Under the pieces are notes generated by a model. The model was not told where the DNA came from and made no database searches. It saw nothing but the letters and a program-made list of their open reading frames with translations. Below, piece after piece: positions 8,677 to 17,820 of a stretch of 32,000 nt of DNA. The stretch comes from Mycolicibacterium smegmatis (lineage in GTDB: Bacteria > Actinomycetota > Actinomycetes > Mycobacteriales > Mycobacteriaceae), in the NCBI RefSeq assembly GCF_001457595.1, contig NZ_LN831039.1, positions 3,090,001-3,122,000 on the forward strand, given 5' to 3'. The translations under genes were made by a program, and so were the position numbers. Position 1 is the stretch's first letter, and the number at the start of each line of letters is the position of its first letter.

Positions 8677-10230
8677 CTAGCCGAGCGCGTCGGCCTCCAG
8701 TGCGAGGAACAGGTCGACGCGGTCTTCGAGCCGCGCGACGTCACGTCCGGTGAGCTCGCTGATCCGGGCGATGCGGTTGCGCAATGTGTTGACGTGGACG
8801 TACAGCTCGGTCGCGGTCTTGGCCCAGTGCCCGTCGTTGGCGAGGAAGGTGCGCAACGTCCGCACCAGCGCGGTGCCGTACTGCTCGTCGTGCTGGTCGA
8901 GCGGTCCGAGGATGTCGTCGGCGAAGCGCCGCAACACCGACCTGTCGTGCAGCCCCAGGAGCATGCGGTGGGTCCCGATGTCGGCGTACGTGCCGACCTT
9001 GGGTTCGGTGGTGCGACGCCGCAGCACGTGACACGTCTCCCTGGCCCGGATGAGGGGTTCACGCAACGCGCTCGCGTCGGCGGCGAGATCGCCGACGCCG
9101 ATCACGGCCCGGTCGGCGGGGAATCGCGCGGTCAACGTCTGCACCAGGTCCTCGGCCAGACCCACCAGTGCGGTCATGTCACGGTGCCAGCCGAACACCA
9201 CGACGGTGTCCTGGCTGCCGGGGATCACCACGGCCGGGATGCTGTGGCGGTTGAAGAAGTCCTCGATCTCGTCGGTCGACCCGGGCGGGCGCACCGCGCC
9301 GTCGCCCACCACGACCGTGTACACCGCCAGCGCGGACGATGGGTCGATGCCGAAGGCGCGCAACCTTTCTGCCACGTCACGGGCACGTGCCGCGCCTGAG
9401 AGCACCATCTCGAGCAACTCGCTGGAGAACCGGGACTCGATGGCCTGCAACGCCTGCTGCCGGGTGACCTCCAGGCTCAGATAGCGTGCCGCCTGATCCA
9501 GCGCGTCGCGTTCCAGGGGCTTGAGCGAGGGGAGTGGACGCAGGCAGAACAGACCGGCGTCGACGTCGCCCATGGCGCCCTCGACGAGGTACACCGACGC
9601 GGTGTCCCCGCTGGGCAGTGCGACTTCCAGCGGCGGCGGGTGGCGGTTGAGCGCGTCGGCCGCGACCTGGACATCCTCGTCGTCGCCGATATCGCCCGCG
9701 AGCCTGCGGCCCAGGCGGTCCACCACCAGCAGCGGAAGGTCGTGATCGCGTCGCAGGACGTCCAGAATGCCCTCGGCGCCACCGCCTCTCGCGATCGAGC
9801 TGGCCAACGCGTTGCCGCGTCGCACCAATTTCGACAACGCGGCCTGGCGCGCGTCGGACTGGATGCGCGCCGCGGCCTGGGTGATCGCGGTGAACGGCAC
9901 CGCGATCGACACCGTCGCCAGTGGGAGTTCGGCGGAACTGCAGGCCTCGACGAGATCGGCCGGCGCGGCCGGTGTCTGCTCGGTCAGTCCGAAGACCACC
10001 CCGGCCGCGCGGGCCCGCAGCAGCGCGTCGACGAACATCGTGGAATCGACTGTGCCGCGCCACAGTCCGTTGGTGAGCACCAGTTCGGTGGCCCGGATGT
10101 ACGGCGACGGATCGGGCAGCTCGGTGTTGTGCAGCCACAGCACCTCACGGTCGACAGCTCCCGGCGACCCGGGCACCAGCAGGGTCAACTCCAGCGTCGG
10201 GTCGGCAAGGAGTGCGCTGAGGCTCAACAT
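8677..10230 (-). CDS. PucR-family transcriptional regulator
   Basis: Track ORF 8677..10248 starts at a TTG. I prefer the ATG at 10230 (MLSLSALLADP...). It has a C-terminal PucR-type HTH (AKTATELYVHVNTLRNRIARISELTG) and an N-terminal purine-catabolism-regulator-like domain. Confidence 0.85.
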   Translation of the reverse strand: MLSLSALLADPTLELTLLVPGSPGAVDREVLWLHNTELPDPSPYIRATELVLTNGLWRGTVDSTMFVDALLRARAAGVVFGLTEQTPAAPADLVEACSSAELPLATVSIAVPFTAITQAAARIQSDARQAALSKLVRRGNALASSIARGGGAEGILDVLRRDHDLPLLVVDRLGRRLAGDIGDDEDVQVAADALNRHPPPLEVALPSGDTASVYLVEGAMGDVDAGLFCLRPLPSLKPLERDALDQAARYLSLEVTRQQALQAIESRFSSELLEMVLSGAARARDVAERLRAFGIDPSSALAVYTVVVGDGAVRPPGSTDEIEDFFNRHSIPAVVIPGSQDTVVVFGWHRDMTALVGLAEDLVQTLTARFPADRAVIGVGDLAADASALREPLIRARETCHVLRRRTTEPKVGTYADIGTHRMLLGLHDRSVLRRFADDILGPLDQHDEQYGTALVRTLRTFLANDGHWAKTATELYVHVNTLRNRIARISELTGRDVARLEDRVDLFLALEADALG

Positions 10231-10336
10231 GGGTGTATGTACATCCAATCAGATTGGCCGAACATGGATGTTTCTACACTCGATCGTAGATCTGTGGCGG
10301 TGTTTCGATGGGCCCAATCGACGAGAAGGAGCCACG

Positions 10337-11758
10337 ATGTCCACCCGTCCCATAGAACCCGTCGCAGCTGGTGATGATTCCCCGCCCGAACAATCGGCAG
10401 CGGTGCCGTTCGACGCGCACGGTATCGAACCCATCGCGCCGACAGACCGGGACTGTTCTCCCGCCGAACTGTTCTGGATCTGGTGCGGCGCCAACATCGC
10501 GCCCATCAACTGGGTGCTCGGCGCGCTCGGGATCACGCTGGGATTGAGCCTGGTCGAGACGTTGATCGTCGTCGCGGTCGGAAACCTGCTGGGCTGCGCG
10601 GTTTTCGGCGTCTTCAACGTGATCGGGCACCGCACCGCGGTCAACCAGATGGTGCTCGGCCGGGCCCCGTTCGGGCGCATGGGCGCACGCATCCCGGGAC
10701 TGGTGCAGTTCCTGCTCACCATGGGATGGGTCGGGGTCAACACCTGGGTGGTGCTGGACCTGGTGCTCGCGGTGTTCGCCGAGTTCGGCGTCACCGGCGG
10801 ATTGTGGCTGGAAGTGGTTGTGGCAGCGGGCATCATGGTGATCCAGCTCGCGTTGGCGCTGTACGGCTTCTACGCGATCCGCAGCTTCGAGAAGTACACG
10901 GTACCCGCCACGGCCGTGGTGATGGCCGTGATGACGGCGCTGGCCTTCGCGGCGACCGACGTGCAGTGGTCGCTGGCCGGGCACGCGATGACTGCGGGCG
11001 AGAAGTTCACCGCCGTAACCCAATTGCTGACCGCCATCGGCATCGGCTGGGGTCTGACGTGGATTCCGTACGCATCGGACTACAGCCGGTTTGTCCGCGT
11101 CGGCGCGTCGTCGCGGTCGGTGTTCTGGGCGTCGTCACTCGGCATGTACGTCCCGACGGTGTGGCTCGCCGCGGTCGGCGCCTGCCTGGCCAGCGCCGGA
11201 ACCGGCAGTGATCCGTCAGCTCTCGTGGTGAGCACCTTCGGCATCATGGCCGTTCCCGTGCTGCTCCTGCTGGTGCACGGCCCGATCGCCACCAACATCC
11301 TCAACCTCTACTCGTGCTCGCTGGCGGCGCTGTCGATCGGTGTGCGGATGACACGGTGGAAGGTCACGCTGCTGGCCGGTGCCGTCGCATCCGTGGTGCT
11401 CGCGGTGTTCGTGCAGGCCGACAGCTTTGCGCATGCGTTCGACAACTGGCTGGTGTCGATCCTGGTGTGGATCAGCCCGTGGGCGGCGATCATGCTCGTC
11501 GACTACGTCGTCCTGCGCCGCGGTGCGCTCGATGTGACCTCGCTGTACCGGGAGGATTCCGCGCGGTGGAACCACGCCGGACTGGTGAGCCTCGCGGTGG
11601 GCATCGTTGCGGGCTGGTCGTGGCAGTACGGCCTGGTGCCCGCCATGCAGGGCCCTATCGCGACGTCGTTCGGCAACACCGACTTCTCGTGGCTCTCAGG
11701 AAGTCTCGTGGCCGGCGGGCTGTACTGGGTGCTGCGCAGGCGGGCCACCGGCCGCTGA
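10337..11758 (+). CDS. NCS1-family permease (purine-cytosine / pyrimidine-type)
   Basis: In-frame part of track ORF 9767..11758. The ATG at 10337 is preceded by GAAGGAG. It encodes 473 aa with about 12 TM spans and an N-terminal ELFWIWCGANIAPINW segment typical of CodB/FCY2-like permeases. It is divergent from the PucR gene. Confidence 0.75.
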   Translation: MSTRPIEPVAAGDDSPPEQSAAVPFDAHGIEPIAPTDRDCSPAELFWIWCGANIAPINWVLGALGITLGLSLVETLIVVAVGNLLGCAVFGVFNVIGHRTAVNQMVLGRAPFGRMGARIPGLVQFLLTMGWVGVNTWVVLDLVLAVFAEFGVTGGLWLEVVVAAGIMVIQLALALYGFYAIRSFEKYTVPATAVVMAVMTALAFAATDVQWSLAGHAMTAGEKFTAVTQLLTAIGIGWGLTWIPYASDYSRFVRVGASSRSVFWASSLGMYVPTVWLAAVGACLASAGTGSDPSALVVSTFGIMAVPVLLLLVHGPIATNILNLYSCSLAALSIGVRMTRWKVTLLAGAVASVVLAVFVQADSFAHAFDNWLVSILVWISPWAAIMLVDYVVLRRGALDVTSLYREDSARWNHAGLVSLAVGIVAGWSWQYGLVPAMQGPIATSFGNTDFSWLSGSLVAGGLYWVLRRRATGR

Positions 11759-11763
11759 AGCGG

Positions 11764-12795
11764 TCAGTCGAGGCTTGCCTCGGTGATCGTCACCGGTTCG
11801 GCGGGAGGGCCGTCGTCCCCGCCATCGGCGACGCCGGCCGAGGCGATCGCGTCGAGGGTGCGCAATCCGGTGCGGTCCACCTCCCCGAACACCGTGTAGG
11901 TCGGCGGAAGCGGGGAGTCCTGGTAGACGAGGAAGAACTGGCTGCCGTTGCTGCCCGGCCCCGCGTTGGCGGTGGCCACGGTGCCGCGCGGGTACACGAC
12001 CGGTGTGCGCAGCGCGGGATCGGAGAGCCGTTACTGGTTGGTCGGGTACTCGTTGGCGAACCGGTAGCCCGGCCCGCCGGTGCCCTTGCCCGTCGGGTCA
12101 CCGCACTGCAGCACCGCCATCTGACCGGTGGAGAGCCGATGGCACGGGGTGTTGTCGTAGAAGCCCTGCTGCGCGAGGCTCGCGAAACTGTTGACGGTGC
12201 ACGGTGATCGGCCGTTGGCCAGCCGGAGACCGATGCTGCCGTGGTTGGTGCGGATGCCGGCCGACACCGTCGCGGGTTCGGTCGGCACGGTGCCGGTGCG
12301 GGGCGGCCTGGCCGGTTTCGCGGCCGGTTCGGTGGTGGGCGGGTACTGGCAGTCGAGACCCAGATTGGGTGGCGGGTCGAACGCCGGCAGCGCGTTCTGG
12401 GGCGCCGCGTCGTACGTCGGGCCGCCGGGGCGGCGATCGACGGTCTGCACCGCGGCCATCGTGAGCAGGATCGACACGATCACGGCGACCACGGTGAGCA
12501 CGGTGAACACGTAACTGATCACCAGGCCCGCGATCGCCAGGCTGCGGCCCTGCTCACCCGTGCGCTTGATCTGCGACAGCGAGAGGTGCCCGAAAACGAT
12601 GCCCGCGGGTGCGAACAGGAACGCGCACACCAGCGCCGCGATTGCCATGCCGTTGGTCCGCGGTGGCGGCGGATGTGCACCCGGATATCCGCCGGACCAC
12701 CCACCCGGATACCCGGGCACAGGGCCCGGGTGGTCCGGTTGGTAGCCGCCATAGGGCGGCGGATACGGCGTGGGCTCGTTCGGCGGAAAGGTCAC
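11764..12795 (-). pseudogene. Membrane-anchored cyclophilin-type PPIase paralogue interrupted by one in-frame TAA (12031-12033)
   Basis: Track ORFs 12031..12795 and 11764..11997 are in the same frame. Read together they give ...GYRFANEYPTNQ*RLSDPALRTPVVYPRGTVATANAGPGSNGSQFFLVY.... This aligns residue-for-residue with the intact neighbour (...GYQFANEYPTNQYQPDNPALQQPVVYPRGTVAMANAG...). The stop replaces the Tyr codon TAC. Confidence 0.8.
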
Positions 12796-12813
12796 TGATC
12801 AGGTCGGTCCGGG

Positions 12814-13677
12814 TCAGTCCAGCGCGACGGACTTGAGCTCGACGTCCAGCGCGGGCTTTCCGTCGGGTCCGCCGCCCTCGACGCCGCCCGCGGCGATCTT
12901 GTCGAGCGTCGCCAGGCCGGTCTCGTCGATCTTGCCGAACACGGTGTAGTTCGGCGGCAGCTGCGAGTCCTGGTAGACGAGGAAGAACTGGCTGCCGTTG
13001 GTCCCGGGACCGGCGTTGGCCATCGCGACCGTGCCGCGCGGGTACACCACTGGCTGCTGCAGCGCCGGGTTGTCCGGCTGGTACTGGTTTGTCGGGTACT
13101 CGTTGGCGAACTGGTAGCCGGGGCCGCCCGTGCCGGTGCCCGTCGGGTCACCGCACTGCAGCACCGACAGCCCGCCCGTGGTGAGGCGGTGGCACGGGGT
13201 GTCGTTGAAGTAGTCCTTGGCGGCCAGGCTCGCGAAGCTGTTCACCGTGCAGGGCGCCTTGGCGTTGTCGAGCTGCAGCCCGATGTTGCCCTGCGTGGTG
13301 ACCATGCTGACGCTGATGGTCGCCGGGTCCGTCGGCACCTTGCCCGAGCGCGGCGGCTCCACGGGCTTGCTGGCCTCGCCCGCGGCCGGGTACTGGCAGT
13401 TGGCGCCCAGATCGGCGGGCGCGACGAACGGGGGCAGCTGACCGTCGGCGGCCGGCTCCGCGGCCTCGCTGGAGGTCGCGGCCGAGGCGGTCGTGTCTCC
13501 GCCGCCGTCCTTGTCGGTGATCACCAACGTGGTGATGACGGCACCGATGACGAGCACTGCCACCACTGAACCCGCAATGGTCAAGATGCGCTGCTTGCGT
13601 GCCCTGGCGGCGCGACGCTCCAGCTGGCGTTCGAGCTTGCGCTTGGCCGTCGCACGCCGTTGTTCGTTGGTCGGCAC
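12814..13677 (-). CDS. ppiB: Membrane-anchored peptidyl-prolyl cis-trans isomerase B (cyclophilin type)
   Basis: In-frame part of track ORF 12814..14271. GTG 13677 (VPTNEQRRATAKRKLERQLERR...) lies 8 nt downstream of GAGGAGGA. It has a basic N-terminus, one TM span and a cyclophilin domain (GNIGLQLDN...FHRL-like CHRLTT...GDPTGTGTGGPGYQFANE...SQFFLVY). The architecture matches my memory of mycobacterial PpiB. Confidence 0.9.
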   Translation of the reverse strand: MPTNEQRRATAKRKLERQLERRAARARKQRILTIAGSVVAVLVIGAVITTLVITDKDGGGDTTASAATSSEAAEPAADGQLPPFVAPADLGANCQYPAAGEASKPVEPPRSGKVPTDPATISVSMVTTQGNIGLQLDNAKAPCTVNSFASLAAKDYFNDTPCHRLTTGGLSVLQCGDPTGTGTGGPGYQFANEYPTNQYQPDNPALQQPVVYPRGTVAMANAGPGTNGSQFFLVYQDSQLPPNYTVFGKIDETGLATLDKIAAGGVEGGGPDGKPALDVELKSVALD

Positions 13678-13845
13678 TGCGGGCGTCCTCCTCGTTCTCC
13701 GGTCTCGGTGGTGGATCGGTCGGCAACGAGTGTGCCAGGCGATGCTGAGTGCAGGGCTTTTGACCCGCGGCAACCACCGGGATGTTTGCGATGCGAAAAC
13801 CGCCCGCGCCGTCGGGGACCTCCGGCGGCATGGGAAACTGGCAGT

Positions 13846-14523
13846 GTGTTGATCACCGGTTTTCCGGCCGGGATGCTGGCGTGCAACTGTTACGTGCTGG
13901 CCGAGCGTCCCGGGTCCGACGCGATCGTGGTCGATCCCGGCCAACGCGCGATGGGCCCGTTGCGCGAGATCCTCGACGAACACCGCCTCACCCCGGCTGC
14001 GGTCCTGCTGACACACGGCCACATCGATCACATCTGGTCGGCGCAGAAGGTCGCCGACACCTACGGCTGCCCGGCCTACATCCATCCCGAGGACCGGTTC
14101 ATGCTCACCGACCCGGTCAAGGCGTTCGGGCGGGGTTTGATCGGGGGGCTGGGGCGGCTGGCGTTCGGCGCGCTGTTCAGCGAGCCAAGGCAGCTCGTCG
14201 AACTGGAGCGCGACGGTGAAACGGTCGGTTTCGGCGGCATCGCCGTCACCGTCGACCACACTCCGGGTCACACCAGGGGCTCGGTCGTGTTCCGGGTGGC
14301 CGACGGTGATCGGGATCTCGTCTTCACGGGCGATACGCTGTTCCGGTCCTCGGTGGGCCGCACCGACCTACCCGGGGGCAGCGGGCGTGACCTGCTCGGA
14401 TCGATCGTGACAAAACTGTTGGTGCTCGAGGACGACGCCGTGGTACTACCGGGCCACGGCCCGAAGACGACCATCGGGCACGAACGCCGCACCAACCCAT
14501 TCCTCGAAGGTTTGACTCTGTGA
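13846..14523 (+). CDS. MBL-fold metallo-hydrolase (hydroxyacylglutathione hydrolase / glyoxalase-II-like)
   Basis: In-frame part of track ORF 13660..14523. The GTG 13846 start gives (M)[17 protein letters not shown].... It has the HxHxDH motif THGHIDH. Its stop overlaps the hisS start (GTGA at 14520-14523). Confidence 0.85.
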   Translation: MLITGFPAGMLACNCYVLAERPGSDAIVVDPGQRAMGPLREILDEHRLTPAAVLLTHGHIDHIWSAQKVADTYGCPAYIHPEDRFMLTDPVKAFGRGLIGGLGRLAFGALFSEPRQLVELERDGETVGFGGIAVTVDHTPGHTRGSVVFRVADGDRDLVFTGDTLFRSSVGRTDLPGGSGRDLLGSIVTKLLVLEDDAVVLPGHGPKTTIGHERRTNPFLEGLTL

Positions 14524-15800
14524 CTGAAGGTTCTTCGCCCGTCGCGTTCCAGGCGCCCAAGGGTGTGCCCGACTATCTGCCCCCGGACTCCGCGCAGTTC
14601 GTGGCGGTCCGCGACGGCCTGTTGTCCGCGGCGCGGCGTGCCGGCTACGGCGACATCGAGCTGCCGATCTTCGAGGACACCGCGCTGTTCGCACGCGGCG
14701 TGGGGGAGTCCACCGACGTCGTCTCGAAGGAGATGTACACCTTTGCCGACCGCGGCGACCGGTCGGTGACCCTGCGTCCCGAGGGCACGGCCGGGGTGAT
14801 CCGCGCCGTCATCCAGCATCGGCTGGACCGCGGCGCGCTTCCGGTCAAGCTCTGCTACTCGGGGCCGTTCTTCCGCTACGAGCGCCCGCAGGCCGGCCGC
14901 TACCGCCAGCTGCAGCAGGTCGGCGTCGAGGCGATCGGCGTGGACGATCCCGCGCTCGACGCCGAGGTGATCGCCGTGGCCGACGCGGGCTTCCGCTCGC
15001 TGGGGCTGTCCGGGTTCCGGTTGGAGATCACGTCGCTGGGCGATGACACGTGCCGTCCCGCCTATCGTGAGCTGCTGCAGGAGTTCCTGTTCAAACTGGA
15101 CCTGGACGAGGAGACCCGGCGCCGCGCCGAGATCAACCCGCTGCGCGTGCTCGACGACAAGCGGCCCCACGTCCGCGAGATGACGGCCGACGCGCCGCTC
15201 ATGCTCGACCACCTGTCGGACTCGGCCAAAGAGCACTTCGAGACCGTGCAGACCTACCTCGACGCGCTCGGCGTGCCGTACGTCATCAACCCGCGGATGG
15301 TGCGTGGCCTGGACTACTACACCAAGACGACGTTCGAGTTCGTCCACGACGGGCTCGGCGCCCAGTCCGGTATCGGCGGCGGTGGCCGCTACGACGGGCT
15401 CATGCGTCAGCTCGGCGGGCAGGACGTCTCGGGCATCGGCTTCGGCCTCGGCGTCGACCGGACCCTGCTCGCGCTGCAGGCCGAGGGCGTGACGATCGAG
15501 GGCGCGGGCGGCGTCGAGGTGTTCGGTGTGCCCCTCGGTGCGGCCGCCAAGCTCGAGCTGGCCAAGCTCGCGGCGAAGCTGCGTGCCGGCGGTGCCCGCG
15601 TGGACCTGGCCTACGGCGACCGCGGTCTCAAAGGCGCGATGAAGGCCGCCGACCGCTCCGGCGCCAAGTACGCCCTCGTGGCAGGCGACCGCGACATCGA
15701 GGCAGGCACCGTCGGGCTCAAGGATCTGTCCACCGGCGACCAGATCGACGTCCCCGCAGATTCCGTTGTCGCCGAGGTGCTTTCCCGCCTCGGTCGGTAG
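14520..15800 (+). CDS. hisS: Histidine--tRNA ligase
   Basis: 426-aa ORF with class-II aaRS / HisRS motifs ([22 protein letters not shown]) and a C-terminal anticodon-binding domain. Confidence 0.95.
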   Translation: MTEGSSPVAFQAPKGVPDYLPPDSAQFVAVRDGLLSAARRAGYGDIELPIFEDTALFARGVGESTDVVSKEMYTFADRGDRSVTLRPEGTAGVIRAVIQHRLDRGALPVKLCYSGPFFRYERPQAGRYRQLQQVGVEAIGVDDPALDAEVIAVADAGFRSLGLSGFRLEITSLGDDTCRPAYRELLQEFLFKLDLDEETRRRAEINPLRVLDDKRPHVREMTADAPLMLDHLSDSAKEHFETVQTYLDALGVPYVINPRMVRGLDYYTKTTFEFVHDGLGAQSGIGGGGRYDGLMRQLGGQDVSGIGFGLGVDRTLLALQAEGVTIEGAGGVEVFGVPLGAAAKLELAKLAAKLRAGGARVDLAYGDRGLKGAMKAADRSGAKYALVAGDRDIEAGTVGLKDLSTGDQIDVPADSVVAEVLSRLGR

Positions 15801-15838
15801 CTTTTCGTTGCACTTTGGCGGCGGCGGGGGTGTTTCGT

Positions 15839-15904
15839 TGCACCGCGAGCGTGCGTGTCTGCTGCCCGCCACGCCGCAGATCAGTAGCAGTTCGCGCACG
15901 CTCG
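15839..15904 (-). repeat. Partial, inverted copy of the 3' part of the intergenic repeat unit
   Basis: 15839-15862 (tgcaccgcgagcgtgcgtgtctgc) is the reverse complement of 16230-16253 with 1 mismatch. By-eye alignment suggests similarity continues for about 65 nt at roughly three-quarters identity. Confidence 0.7.
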
Positions 15905-15957
15905 TGCATGGTGAACGTGCGCTGAGTGCCGGTGATCCGAGTGGGGCAGCGGTCTGC

Positions 15958-16054
15958 TCGCCGTTTGTGACGCCACGGCGGTGGATCGCGCTCGGGACCG
16001 CCACTGCGTTACGCGCGGCGAAGCTGATGCACGCTCACGCGCGGTGAGCGTGCG
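15958..16054 (+). repeat. Intergenic structured repeat, copy B (5' part only)
   Basis: This 97-nt segment is identical to 16101-16197 except for 3 mismatches (period 143 nt). It contains a 10-bp-stem hairpin gcacgctcac-gcgcg-gtgagcgtgc (16029-16053). Confidence 0.85.
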
Positions 16055-16100
16055 GGCGGCGGCTCGTAACTGGTTGAGGCCAGCCTCGCTTGGCTTCTGG

Positions 16101-16253
16101 TCGCCGTTCGTAACGCCACGGCGGTGGATCGCGCTCGGGACCGCCACTGTGTTACGCGCGGCGAAGCTGATGCACGCTCACGCGCGGTGAGCGTGCGCGC
16201 ACTGCTGACCGCGAGCGGCGTGTCGTGCGGCAGACATGCACGCTCGCGGTGCA
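16101..16253 (+). repeat. Intergenic structured repeat, copy C (apparently full unit, about 153 nt)
   Basis: It carries the same 97-nt 5' part as copy B, with the hairpin at 16172-16196. It also carries a 3' part that ends in the 24-nt sequence inverted at 15839-15862. Confidence 0.85.
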
Positions 16254-16315
16254 AAGCAAACAGCCGGACCCGACGCCGCGGCCGCGATCCGCGATGCGAA
16301 GCAAGCCAGTAGGGC

Positions 16316-17008
16316 TCAGATCGCCATGGCGGCGCGGACATCGGCTTCGGAGGCCGAGCCGCCGGTGCCGCTCGATGTGATGCGCCCGGCCTCGAGGATG
16401 TAGTAGCGCTGGGCGGATTCGAGCGCGAACCCGATGTGCTGCTCGACGAGCAGGACGCCGAGGTCGCCGCGTGAGGTGAGTGCGGTGATGGCGGCCTCGA
16501 TCTCGGCGACGACCGACGGCTGGATGCCCTCGGTGGGCTCGTCGAGGATCAGCGTCTTGGGGCTCGTGATGAGCGCACGCGCGATGGCCAACTGCTGGCG
16601 CTGGCCACCCGAGAGCAGGCCGGCGCGCCGGTTGAGTAGCTCCTTGAGCGCCGGGAACAGGTCGAGCTGTTCGGCGATCAGCGCCTTGCCGTTCTTGCGG
16701 CCGTCGGCCACCACCTGCAGGTTCTCGGCCGTGGTGAGCTGGCCGAACGACTGCTGCCCCTGCGGCACGTACGCCAGTCCGCGGGCCACGCGGGCACTCG
16801 GCCGCAGCTTGGTGATGTCCTCACCGTCGAAAAGCACCTTGCCCGAAGTGCATTTGAGCAGACCGACGGCCGCGCGCAGCAGCGTGGTCTTGCCCGCACC
16901 GTTGTGGCCCATCACCGCGGCGACCCCGTCCGAGGGCACCTCGATGCCGGCACCGTGGATCACCTCGGAGCGGCCGTAGCCGGTGTGGACGTCGACGAGT
17001 TCGAGCAT
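16316..17008 (-). CDS. urtE: Urea ABC transporter ATP-binding subunit UrtE
   Basis: 230-aa ABC ATPase with Walker A GHNGAGKT and signature LSGGQRQ. It has the UrtE-typical EPTEGIQPS. It is the last gene of the urt operon, and its start shares 1 nt with the urtD stop. Confidence 0.9.
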   Translation of the reverse strand: MLELVDVHTGYGRSEVIHGAGIEVPSDGVAAVMGHNGAGKTTLLRAAVGLLKCTSGKVLFDGEDITKLRPSARVARGLAYVPQGQQSFGQLTTAENLQVVADGRKNGKALIAEQLDLFPALKELLNRRAGLLSGGQRQQLAIARALITSPKTLILDEPTEGIQPSVVAEIEAAITALTSRGDLGVLLVEQHIGFALESAQRYYILEAGRITSSGTGGSASEADVRAAMAI

Positions 17009-17820
17009 CAGGCGATCCCTTCCGCACCGGCCGCGGCCGTGCCCAGATAGACCTCTTGCACCTTCGGATTGGCCTGCACCTCGGCGACCGTGCCCTCGGC
17101 GATCACCTGACCGCGGGCCAGCACGGTCACCGACGTGGCGAATGCGCGCATGAAGTCCATGTCGTGTTCGACGACGACGACGGTGCGGGCACCGCCGATG
17201 CGCCGCAGCAGATTTCCGGTCTCCTCACGCTCCTCGTGGCTCATCCCGGCGACGGGTTCGTCGAGCAGGAGCACGTCGGCGTTCTGCACCAGCAGCATGC
17301 CGATCTCCAGCCACTGTTTCTGACCGTGCGCGAGCACGCCCGCGGGCTTGTCGGCCAGATCGGCCAGGCCCGTGGTCTCCAGCGCCTCCTCGATGGACGG
17401 CAGCACCCCGCGGCGGCGCCGCAGCAGCGACCACGGTGAGCGGCCCGCACCCGCGGCGATGTCGAGATTCTGCAGCACCGTGAGTTGTTCGAAGACGCTT
17501 GCGGTCTGGAAGGTACGGCCGACGCCGAGGCGGGCGATCTGGTGCACCTTCTTGCCGAGCAGTTCCGCGCCGGACTTGTTGACCGACCCGGTGGCAGGCA
17601 CCAGACCGGTGATGGCGTCGATCACGGTGGTCTTGCCTGCGCCGTTGGGGCCGATCAGGAAGCGCAGATCGCCCTGGAACAGCGTGAGGTCGACGCCGTT
17701 GACGGCCTTGAAGCCGTCGAAATCCACGGTGAGGCCACGTACTTCGAGGTATTCGGCCCCCATGCCTGCGTTGCCGCCCGCGACGGGTTCCTTCTCGGCG
17801 GTGGGTTCGGTATCGGTCAT
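17008..17820 (-). CDS. urtD: Urea ABC transporter ATP-binding subunit UrtD
   Basis: In-frame part of track ORF 17008..18915. The ATG at 17820 (MTDTEPTAEK...) overlaps the urtC stop (ATGA). It has Walker A GPNGAGKTT and the UrtD-typical HGQKQWLEIGMLL. Confidence 0.9.
   Translation of the reverse strand: MTDTEPTAEKEPVAGGNAGMGAEYLEVRGLTVDFDGFKAVNGVDLTLFQGDLRFLIGPNGAGKTTVIDAITGLVPATGSVNKSGAELLGKKVHQIARLGVGRTFQTASVFEQLTVLQNLDIAAGAGRSPWSLLRRRRGVLPSIEEALETTGLADLADKPAGVLAHGQKQWLEIGMLLVQNADVLLLDEPVAGMSHEEREETGNLLRRIGGARTVVVVEHDMDFMRAFATSVTVLARGQVIAEGTVAEVQANPKVQEVYLGTAAAGAEGIA

Noticed and set aside
10262-10300. GGATGTTTCTAC in the permease leader resembles the GUUUCUAC junction of purine riboswitches.
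   Set aside because: The other conserved purine-riboswitch elements (UAUAAU..., GGAUAUGG loop, ACCGUAAAU) are absent, and no three-way junction can be drawn.
15958-16197. Possible CRISPR array.
   Set aside because: There are only two 97-nt repeats with a 46-nt spacer, which is far from CRISPR repeat or spacer dimensions. No cas genes are present.
15766-16312. Plus-strand ORFs 15766..16047, 15981..16190 and 16124..16312, and minus-strand ORFs 15881..16147 and 16009..16341, as possible small paralogous genes.
   Set aside because: Their similarity comes entirely from the nucleotide repeat units. The frames are open on both strands, and there are no start or Shine-Dalgarno signals or domain features.
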